NCBI GenBank assembly: GCA_002245135.1 | Contig: NGBS01000296.1 | Location: forward strand, 124,001 to 188,000 | Direction: 5' to 3' | DNA from: Proteromonas lacertae | Taxonomy: Eukaryota | Length of the DNA stretch: 64,000 nt | Part shown: positions 53,201 to 64,000 of the stretch, piece by piece | Position numbering within the stretch: the first letter of the stretch is position 1 | Layout: each line of letters starts with the position of its first letter | Made by a program: the position numbers and the translations under genes | The notes under the pieces: generated by a model | Database searches by the model: none | What the model was told of the DNA's origin: nothing | The model's input: only the letters and a program-made list of their open reading frames with translations

Positions 53201-56200
53201 CTTATTTGACACTCATCAATTAATTCATTGATACTTGTTAAACTGAGTCTTAATGGATCTGTTACTACTGAATCAACATGTTTATGAGTTTCAATGGATA
53301 ATATATTCACACCTCTTTGTAATAAATGAGATCCAATGTTGATTGTCATTTGTATTGGAGGATTGAATATAGCATCAGCAGAATAATAATGAGTAACACC
53401 TGTTGTTGGTAAATTTCTTCTATAGAATTCATTTCCATTTAAGTAACAGATAATACCTGCATCAAATTGAACATTCAACTGTAATCTTGATATAGTGACT
53501 ATTGCATCATTAATTGTAAATTGAGTTCTGTAATATGTAGTTGCTTCTAAACGAGATGGAAAATTACCATAAGTATAAATTGACCATCCAGATGGAGGCA
53601 CAATTGGATATACATCATTCCATCCACTTGTAGTTGCTGCATTTGTTATTTGCCAAGTATTTGCACTTGATACTAAACTGTTAAACTTAAATGTGGCAAG
53701 ATAAGATTCTGCATCAGATTGTAATGAGAATTTTGATACTGGAGAACCAGATACAAGTATTTGAACATATGATCCATCCAACCATTTTGTAGATTTTGTA
53801 CTACCCATAGTAATTGAAAGTGTTCCTGAATTTTCACAGAAAGAATATGTTTTATCCATGTTATTAGGTAATGATGAATAACTAAGAAGTGTTTGACCAA
53901 CAGTATTTGTAACAGCAACAGTCATAAGATCACCATCTGTACTTGTAACAATTCTAACATTTATTATTGAATATTGACATGCAGTTGGTGAAATTTGAAG
54001 TGAATAAGTATCAGATGTATTTCCATCTCTATTAGAAGCGATTATTGGTAATGTAAGTTTATCATAAACAACTCCTGTCAATACACCTGTTGTTGGGTCT
54101 AATGTCATTGTTGAAGGTAATGTAATGCTTTTATCAATTGTAAATCTTGAAGCTCCACCGGTTAAAGTTGGATAATATGAATAGGAAACTCCATAATATA
54201 ATGGATTAGGTAATAAATACTCAGTTATAGTTGGTTTAGCTGTTTGAACTGAAGTATCAAATGTATAAACAACATTATCATTTGTATCTTTGAAATAACC
54301 AATCTTTAGTAATTCACCTTCTAAATAAACAGCATATGTTCCACCTAATTTTGCAGTACTTATAATTGATAATGTAGTAGAACCTGAAACAACACAAGCT
54401 GCATAAGAATCACTATTAAATTCTTTCAATGATGTACTATCTTTTTCAACTAATTTTGATCCATCTTTATCTGTTAAAGTTATTGTCAAGTCTTTATTAT
54501 TAATAGTGTATATTAATTTCACATATGATTTGCCTGAACTACAACCACTAATTTTAATTGAAACAGTAGCTGTTACTGATCCTGAGGGGTTTGAACATTT
54601 TATTGTAATGATTTTATTAAATATCTGTTCAGGAGTTCCTGATATTACACCAGTAACTTGATCTAATGATAATCCTAATGGTAATATATCTGATGTTGAA
54701 TATCTTACATTATCAGCATTTTCAACCTTTTGGTCGTGCTGACGTAATACTATTACCAATTGAACCAGTAATATCTTCATATTCTAAATTAATAGGTGGA
54801 TTATAAGGATCAACACCAATTAGTAAACTGTAAGTGAAAACAGATCCATCTGTAGATATGGCAGTAACTTTATAGTAAGCTGAAGCAACAGCTTTCTTTG
54901 GAGTTCCAGATATAACACCTGTTGCAGTATTAATATCAATTCCAAGTGGTAATGGAGGTTCAACATAGAAAGTATTAAAAGTATTTGAATCAACTTGGAA
55001 GAATATTGGTTGATTATCTGTAATTTTTATATTTGCTACATAAACAGCTTGTATGAAAGTATATGAGAATAATGATGCTGGTCTATGATATAATCTTGAT
55101 GAAGGTAGTTCTTGTTCAGATATAATTTGACCTGTTCTTTTTCTCCATCTAATACTTACAGATGTTTCAGAAGATGATTCTGATTTCCAATATGTAATAA
55201 CTACTGAATTAAATCCAGATTTCAAATTCAAAGTACTTTTAACTGTATTTAACCCACATTCTGTTGTTTCAATGATTGATTCACCTATAGTAAATCTTAA
55301 TCCATCTTCAGCTTTAATTGTAAAATCATAAAATCCACTCTCTGGAACATTTAAATATCCTTCCCATCTAGCAACAAATTGTGCTGCAAATGCACCTGTT
55401 AATCCTGGCCAAACTTCATTAGATGGTGCATGATAATATGTTGGAATAATCCTGTTGTATGTTAGTTTATAAGAAGAATCTGTTCTTGGATCAACATATT
55501 CACAACCAACACTTCCAGAATAGGTGTAATATTCACCAGATAAACCATTTAGTAAATTCTCCTTTTGTAATGATATAACAGTAATATATAAATTCGCTTC
55601 TATAGTTGTTGTTAAACTTTCACATCTAATCGTTATTCTAGTTCTTGGAAATTCATATTTTGGATTACCTTCTATAATGCCATTTCTAAATGTAATGCCT
55701 TCAGGTAATGCAGTTGTTAATACAATTTTGGTATAACTACCTACTAATTCTGGTTCAATTGGAGTGATTGGAACTCCAGTCATAAATATTAAATCACTTG
55801 CTGGATAAGCAAATTTACTTAAAAACGCTGGATTTTGTGACATTGCTTTATCAGGAATATCTTCAAAATCAATAAGAAAAGGATTTTTCCATTTCATATA
55901 CATATATCCGTCATACAAACCTTGATAGTATAATAATCCAAATGCATGTTTACCAGCTGTTAATGATTTAATAGTAAAAGTAGCAAAAGGGCCTATTTCA
56001 GTAGTTTCTACTTTGGGTGTTGTTAAATCATCTAAGAAAAACCATAATTTATCATCTGCTGCAATTTGAAATACCCAATCACCTGCCATTGATATATCTA
56101 AAGAACCTGTATATTTGGCAAAATAGTTAGTACATCTCTTGACATTTGTACCATAATCACATTGCGAATCATGTCTAAAGAAAGTAGACAAACCATCTGG

Positions 56201-59200
56201 ACTATCCGCTGTTTCATACTCAATTGATCCATCTTCTAATCCAAACCATATTTTTTGCCAATCTGATGTTGAAGTATATTGTTCTTTAGGAAATTTTCCT
56301 GCTAAATGGGGAGTAACTTGTACAGCTAAAACATTAATTTTCACATTAAAAGTATACTGACCTACTGGATTTGTTGCTATAATTGTAACTAATTGTTGAA
56401 CTAGTGCAGTTGGTTTTCCACTAATAACACCATCTGATGAAATGGAAAGACCTGGTGGTAATGTACTGGATGTAAATGTTTCAACAGAATGATCACACGT
56501 TGGAGCATCTAATATAAAATCATTATCTATGTATAAATTAATATCTCCTGTATAAACATAACTACATGTAGTAATTTTACCCCATACAGTAAGATATAAT
56601 GTTGCAACATCAAAACCACCATTAATTCCTTCAAATCTAATATTATAAACACTTCTTCTTAACGGTGAAGTTGGTGTTCCACTAATTTTACCTGTGGTTG
56701 TATCAAACATCAAACCTGATGGTAATGCTGGATCAATACTAGCAGCTGTTAATACATTTTTACATACAGGAATTATATCATTTGATTTCTGATTTAATGT
56801 AAATGTATATTCTGTTGATGAATAATCACATTTTGGTGATGGAGCATATATACATTCAGATTCATCCCAATCACTCCATCTTGGAGGAGATGTAGCATAA
56901 CAAACACGTGTTCTATATCCACTATAATTCTCTTCACATCTCACTGTTTCCATTTCATTAATTGAGATATTCTTTAATCCATCAAAAGATAAACAGGATG
57001 GAATAAGCACATTTATATTTACTATAACATTTTGAACTCCCGTACTACTGTAATAAGATAAGGAATAATCTTTTGCTTCAGATGAAGTGGTAGGAATGCC
57101 AGAAATAACACCAGTTACTAAATTAACAGATAAACCATTTGGTAAAGGATCAACTGCAGTAACACCAATAATAGAACCAGTAATTATTGGCTCAATATGG
57201 GAATTTTCATTCATTGTGAGTGTATTTGTGGATGGATATGCTAAACTGCCTACACCACATTCTGTTAAATCATAACCTTCAGACCAAGTACCATCACTAT
57301 TACATGTTTTTTTGATATTTGTTTTACTATCTACTGAACATGGATAAGTAGCAATTGAACCACCAGCTGTTGCTGAGAATGGGTAATTCGAAGGACACAT
57401 TTTTGAACCACAAAGAGTTGGATAAAAATCGGCTAGTTGAACATAATTATCATGCCAGTGACATTCAGTATCCACCCAATTTTTATAATTTAGAATTTCT
57501 ATTCTAATTGCTTCAAATACTGTTTCTTTATACTCATCTTTAATATTGAATTGGGATGATACTTTTCTTTCATTTGGTAATTTATCATTGCCACTCTGTT
57601 CATCTAATAAAAACCATTCTACATTTGTATAATCTTCATTATAATCCTTAGAACCAAAAATGTTCCACCAACTTGGGTCTCTATTCCAACAATCATTTGC
57701 AGTAACAAATACATAACTTGAAAAAGCAAATGGTTTAACCAATAGTATTTCAATTCTAGGCCAGTTAGTGTCTGCAGCATATCTCAAATACTTTGTGTCA
57801 GCATTTACATCAAACATTTTCTTTAACCCTTCACCACTATCTTTATCCATTTCATTTCCAGTAGGAGAATCATCTTTAAGTGCCAATACATCAGCATAAT
57901 CTCCATAAACACCTACATACATTGCTTTACATCCAGCTTCTGATCCAACAAATGACATTCTTATCTGAAACGGATCTGTTTGTGGATTTTCAGAATTAAT
58001 CTTATGTGTTTCAAATGCAATAACGTTTTGTCCTACTTTGAACATTGAAATTGCACCAACAATACTATATTCTCCTTTCTCATTCTTTCTATTAGCATAT
58101 AAATTACTGCTTGGAGATTCATTTGGAGCAATATCTTTTCTATAAAACTCTTTTCCATTAATATAACCAACAATACCAGCATCAAATGTTATTCTCATCG
58201 AGAAACTTCCCAAACCTGTTAGAGTTGGAACATTCAACACTTTTCTGTAATAGTTTGTTATTGATGGTCTAATAAATGCACCTGGAGTTGATGTTTGCCA
58301 AACAGGATACATTGTAAGTTCAGTATTCCAACCATTAACAAAAGTAGTTGAATATTCCCATGAAGATGTTGATGGTATTTCAACTGATAAATAGAATTGC
58401 TCTGTTCTTTCATATGCTCCTTCAAATCTAATTGTTCTAATTGTTGATTCACTATTAGCTATTACTACAAATGTTGATTCATCCCATTGATTTTTGTTTG
58501 TACTACCATACTTCACTGTATAATAACCAACATCAGAACATGCTGAGTAATATGAACTTTTACCATTTCCAATTCCATTTTGTCCAAATACTTCTAAGCC
58601 AGTTGGACTTGTGATTGTAATATACATATATTGTCCAGATAAACCACCATAGACTGTAATTGCTAATAGCATTTTATTATTTTCACATGATTCATTGATT
58701 GTATATGTTATTACTACTGGTGTTGATGTTTGTTCACCATTCTTACCAACTATTTGGAATGTACCTGTTTTTGTTTCAGTGACTTTTCCAATTGTTCCAT
58801 AAATAACACCATTTGTTTTATTCAAATATAAACCATCAGGTAATAATGTATTCATATATAACTCAAAAGATGTAACAGCACCAGAAGTAATATCAGGTAA
58901 TATAGATATTGTTTCTTGACTTACTAATGTTAAAGTTGTTTGCTCATAAGATATAGTTGGATTAGCTGAAATAGTATCTAAAGAAACAGCAATATTACTA
59001 CCACCTACTTTCCATCTGCCATATTTAAACATATTATTCCCTTTACCATAAACAGCATATGTGCCAACTCTTCCACTAGTTTGCTGGAATGAAATTGATA
59101 ATTGTGCAGTATTTGAACATCCTTTAACAGTATAATAAGTATCAGATATATGAGTAGTATTAATATAAGCTACAACACCACCTGCTGTTAAACTAACCAT

Positions 59201-61392
59201 TGTTAAAGCACTACCTGTTCCAGTGATATAATTAAACTGATAGAAATATCCATTATTTGGACAATCATTAACAGTAATTGTAGCTGTACCTTTTGTACTA
59301 CCGATTGCATTTGTAACTAAAATATCAAATGTATTTGCAGGTGCAATAACACTTTCTGTTGGAGTTCCACTTATTTCACCTGTGGCAGCATTGATAGATA
59401 AACCAGCAGGTAATGATTTATCACTCACTTGAACTGTATAATGATCAGCAACTACAACAGGCTTAAAACTACCATATACACCAATATTAAATGTCATAGC
59501 TGGATATATTATTGATTGAGGAGCTGTATAAGTGTCATAAGCTATTTCAATTGTTGCTTTATATGTATCATTTACATCTTGAATGTTGGTTATTGTAATT
59601 TCATATTTAGTCATTTCCAAAGATGGTTTTATATCACTGATTCTACCAACTACACAACCATTTGAATCAAAACTTAACCCAGTTGGGAAATCAGGTGAAA
59701 CTTTATAATCTGAATATTGATTCTTTTGAATACCACTGAATATTGGACAGTTATTTGTGATTGTAACTCCTGTAATATAAGAAGCAACGACATATTCATA
59801 ATTAAAGTTATATCTTGGTTTATGGTAAAAATAAGCATCTGGAATTTGTGTTAATCTCATAATACCATCTATTGTTTCCCATTGTAAAAGTAATGACTTT
59901 AATGTATCACCTGATGATTTCCAATAATACATAGTAATAGTAATTAATCCACTTTCTAAATCAACAGTACCAGTAGCTGTATTAGAACCACATGTGGTTG
60001 TTTCAATGATTTGTTCATTAATTTCTAATCTCATTCCACCATTCGCAGTAAGTGTGATTCTATAAGTTGCTTTTCTTGGAACATATAACGATCCTTCCCA
60101 TTTCACAATATATTGATTAATAAATTCACCTGATAAGCCATTCCATGAAGAAACATCTACGATTGGACGATTAACTACTGTATCAATTCTTCTAAACTTC
60201 AAAGTATCTGATGATGTATCAATTTCAGTGAATTCGCATCCTCTTGATGGTGAGCTATAATAATAACCATCTAATCCAGCATTCATATTTTCTACTGATT
60301 TATCAATAACTTGAATATCAATTGTTGTTTTTATTACTTGTGTACTATCCCATGAATATACACTAATTGTATAAGTGTTTTTATCAGAAACTATCTTTGG
60401 AATACCATTAATTTGTCCTCTATAATCAAAAGACATACCACTTGGTAATGAAGGAGAAGATGCAAAATTATATGCATAACCTGTAATAGTTGGAGTTAAT
60501 GTTTGTTGTTCACCAACTGTCAATATAAGTGATTTTGTTCTCCACTCAACATACTGTAAAGGTAATGGAAGAGATTTCATTGTTTTAGATGTAAATACAT
60601 TGAAAACACCTTCATCATCTGTTGGTTTATGATATGAAATAGTCACACCACCTCCCTCTTTCTCATTCCACACTAACACTGCAATAAAGTGAACTCCAAC
60701 TGTTAAATCCTTTTCTATTGTAAAAGGCTGAACATTTAGTTGTGTTGGATTCTTTTCAGTGAGTGAATCAATAAACACAACGCCCTGATCAAATGCATCT
60801 ATATTAAAACTGTATTTACCAGCTGTTTCAACTTTGAAAGCACCATACATGTAGAAGTAAATATGTTCACTCTTTAAATCGAAAGGACAAACCGATGATC
60901 CACCACCACAGGATATTGTCGCTGTTGATAATAATTGACCTTTTACAGAGATTTTACCAGCATAAACATCATCCATTTTAGTATCCACCATACTTTCATC
61001 AGTTGATTCAGCATAATAAGTTGATATACCTGGTGAAAATGTATCATATCCAACAACATTAAATGTAATTTCTAAAGTAGTGCCCATATTGCTAAACATA
61101 ATTGTAGACTTGATTTGAGTGTTCTCGGGTGATGTGCAAATACCAGATATAGCTCCAGTCTCTAAATTAACTACATATCCAGTGGGAGAATTTGTTATAT
61201 AGACACCAGCTTTAAACTCTTCATCACACTTCGGTGGTTGGATTAAGAATGGTAAATTGTAAGGAATGTTAATTGATTCAAATCCATAACTACATGTAGC
61301 GGCATAAACGCTAAATAGGTTGATCTCTAAATAATAAAAAATATCAATATACCGAGTAAGGTGATAACAAGCAGAATACTTCTGTAACGCAT
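47239..61392 (-). CDS. Giant (~4,708 aa) type-I surface protein: signal peptide, many putative-Ig (He_PIG/cadherin-like) repeats, 4 PA14-like, 2 galactose-binding-like, 2 F5/8C-like, ~11 HormR-like Cys modules, SEA-like domain, TM, charged tail; one frame break at 54728-54731
   Basis: ATG 61392 MRYRSILLVITLL|EINLFSVYA with a 26-nt intron at 61327-61352. Motifs: LPxGLSINxxTGxISGTPT repeats; FVARWEGYLNVPESGFYDFTIKAEDGLRF; TADDLPSRDPKDFVLYGS; WPETNAG..CPxGYDG..RxC..W..C; TM GVVGIVIGVIAVILIIIGLFIFA. The two track ORFs join if one A is removed (RPK|VEN). Confidence 0.85.
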
Positions 61393-62080
61393 CTTAAAAA
61401 AAAGATACTAATTCAAATTCGTTTTTATTTAAAAATTTTAAATATGAATCGTTTTTCTACTGTTTTTGATTCTACTACCTATCCAAAAGATCTAAAAACA
61501 GCATTAAATATTTAAGTGCATTTTTAGTAATTATTATGTATAAACAATTTGTTCATTTCTCTCTGAGATAGAAATTTCACATTAGAAAAGTGTGTTTATG
61601 AGCAGAAAATATGATAACTATTAATGTAATTAGTATAAAAATGATGTATTTAAGAGAAATTAGTGGATAGTTCATCTGCAAATTCAAAAAATCAATATAA
61701 TGAAACGGCTATTTAATGATAAATAAATTCAAATCCTTTTTTCTTGTGTTCACATACTTATAAAAGCATAAAACGATTGTATTTTATCATAAGTCATTCT
61801 TTGAATCTTATACAGACAATTATTTAATCCTATAAATCTTTTAAAATATATATTATAGCACTCCAATACATTATATATGTATTTCAGCAATATGATTTAT
61901 CTTTCTGTTGTTTTAAGGATGTTAATATTTTCGTAAAGAACAATTTTAAATCATGTTTTCCTTTTCCAACATCATACATATGCTAAATATTCTATAAAAG
62001 TTTAACTATAACCCAATATCACAGAAAAAATAGCTTCACAATAAAATAATAATAAAATTAAAACATTACTAATTAAAAAC

Positions 62081-63599
62081 TTACATTAACATTAAACTTA
62101 AAACACTTAATAATAAAATCAAAGATCCAGCAATATTCTTACTACTAGCACCATTTCTTTCATTATTCTTACTTCTTTGATTCACTTCAATTATAGCAAT
62201 TTCTGGTAATAAACAATCAATACCTTCATTTGTACCATAGAAATTCTCATTTCCATACATTCTTCTGATTGGTTCCTGATAAATGCATTCAATTGGATCA
62301 GCATAGAAAGCATTAGCATCATTAAAACCAGCATCATACACATATGCAATATGTTTGTGATTATTTCTCCATCCATTATCATTACATATTTCCATTGTAT
62401 CTACTCCCATTATCCAATCAGGTGAACCATCTAAATAACTCATAACGGTAATAAATGGATAATCTCCATTGACATTAATACCATATTCTTTTACTTCATT
62501 TCCATAATAAAAATCATCGAAGAAATAGACTTTGTTTACATGATCATGGTGTTTATCAGTATAATTGTTATTATCAGTTCCATATACTAAAAATTCATAG
62601 ATATCTTGATCTAAATAAGTTCCTTCATTCAAATATTGAACATCTTGATCATGATTAATTATGACAGTTCTTAAGAATGTAGTGTTTGATGGAATTGGTG
62701 AAAATCTTTCAATTGAATATAAACCATTTATTCTAACAACATAATCTTCATCATCTCCATGAATACAATATCTATTATCTGGAACTCTTTCAACTTTTAC
62801 AGTTACCATATCTGTTAAAGTATCATAAGGACCAGCATTATTATTACTGTTGTGGAAGACATCTGTTGGTTCTAATTTTCGAATTAAATCACAACAATGT
62901 GGTTCTTCTTTAGAATACCATTCTCCTGTATTATACATACCTACATCAAGTGGATATAACTATTTATTATTATGATATATATATATATATATATACATTG
63001 ATTAATCCACGGTTTATCCAAATACTTTCATCTTCATTGCATAAGTTGATTCCTGATTCACCAACAAACCAATCTGGACTGTCTTCAATACGAGCGATTA
63101 AGGATACATAATTGTGAACATTATCTGCTGGAATATCGATGTAATAGTTGCAATCATGTTGAAAACCTGGTGTTTGTGAGAAATATTTAACTATTGTATT
63201 TCCTTTTCCTAAAATTTTTAATAATCTGAAGTATTTATACTATCTAATTGATAACTATTCACATAATTTATTAAAGGTTGAGGATCATCATTTACAACGA
63301 ATTGCATAACTTCTGTTTTAATTAATTAAATAAATTTAAAGCCTACCTTCTGATGCATTTTCACGAAGCTTGAATAAATAGAATTCTGGTGAATGAACGA
63401 TCACTAACATTTCTGATAATCTTGGATCTTCTGGAACTGTTATATAAGTTTTATTTGTGAATCTTGATTGAAGATTTAATCGATATCTTGCCAATTCTAT
63501 GTGAAGTGAGTATAAAGCTTAAATCACACTATCTGGACATTTATCAGCATGAATTAAAGGTGATAAAAATAAAATTATAAATAATAAAGCGAACTTCAT
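62081..63599 (-). CDS. Secreted, probably GPI-anchored protein with two Spondin_N domains
   Basis: Signal MKFALLFIILFLSPLIHA. Domain 1: ARYRLNL..SPDWFVGESGINLC..W..LYPLDVG. Domain 2: FSPI..SPDWIMGVDTMEIC..W..YVYDAG. C-terminal NGASSKNIAGSLILLLSVLSLMLM is GPI-signal-like. Four introns. Confidence 0.8.
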
Positions 63600-63820
63600 T
63601 GAATATAATGATATAAAAAGTGAAGAAAATTCAAACTGATTTAAGTGATTATTTTCACACTTTTATCCTTTACAATCATTTATATTAATCCATCGGATAT
63701 GATTATTAATAAATGATATTACTCATACATAAATATATCACTTTTATAAAAATGATATTCTCAACACACACAAATCAAAATGAGAAAAAAAAAGAAAGAC
63801 AGTATAAATAATTAAAATAT

Positions 63821-64000
63821 CTATGGATATGGTATTGGAGTTTGACTCTGATTTTGCATTTGCGCAGAAAGAGATTTTGAAGCAGATTTTGAAGCAGATT
63901 TCACTAAATCTTCATCTGGGTCTCTATCTTCATCAGATTCAGCTCTAGTCATCACAGCATGACTAGATAAAGTGGCATATCGAGCACCAGTTACATAAGA
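63821..64000 (-). CDS. 3' end of an unidentified gene running off the window
   Basis: 60-codon open frame SYVTGARYATLSSHAVMTRAESDEDRDPDEDLVKSASKSASK..PYP-TAG with coding-like composition. Confidence 0.55.
   Translation of the reverse strand, partial: SYVTGARYATLSSHAVMTRAESDEDRDPDEDLVKSASKSASKSLSAQMQNQSQTPIPYP

Noticed and set aside
54752..54766. ~16-nt GTTCAA..TAG intron that would repair the surface-gene frame break
   Set aside because: Shorter than any other intron here, has a non-consensus donor, and would disrupt the Ig-repeat pattern.
61393..62080. Longest intergenic spacer (~690 nt)
   Set aside because: No ORF, repeat or RNA structure that I can support; probably the promoter region of the surface gene.
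1..64000. Alternative genetic code (stop reassignment) to explain fragmented ORFs
   Set aside because: Nearly all interruptions are resolved by 24-60 nt introns, and TAA, TAG and TGA all serve as real stops.
1..64000. CRISPR arrays, tRNA/rRNA genes, transposase or reverse-transcriptase genes
   Set aside because: None recognised. The repeats seen are coding repeats or microsatellites, and the kinase-LRR copies show no TIR, LTR or TSD that I could see.

Overview
Very AT-rich, extremely gene-dense eukaryotic (protist) nuclear DNA. It has many tiny (~24-45 nt) GT-AG spliceosomal introns and uses the standard genetic code. Intron size, compact head-to-head gene pairs, a mitochondrial ribosomal protein and a bacterial-Ig/PA14 giant surface protein suggest a Blastocystis/Proteromonas-like stramenopile (inference only). 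I reconstructed about 18 genes by hand. These are: a polytopic membrane protein (5'-truncated), uL4m, a Qb-SNARE, a WD40 protein, EEF1AKMT1/Efm5, a TAZ-finger Q-rich protein, a ~3,100-aa acidic repeat protein, EXD2, PEX19, a TPR+SGNH protein, a plant-TAF15-like RRM/ZnF protein, a PHD protein, a USP9X/24/34-like deubiquitinase, a FYR-DDT-WHIM chromatin protein, a ~4,700-aa Ig/PA14/discoidin/HormR single-pass surface protein, a tandem Spondin_N GPI protein, and two inverted copies of a pseudokinase-LRR gene. Highlights: (1) the two pseudokinase-LRR paralogues have near-identical scaffolds but completely different LRR beta-strand segments, resembling a diversifying receptor family; (2) two minor-spliceosome (U12-type) introns, one AT-AC and one apparent AT-AT; (3) a giant adhesin mixing bacterial-type Ig/PA14 modules with adhesion-GPCR-like HormR modules; (4) four reading-frame breaks that all need a +1 shift (assembly insertions or recoding).
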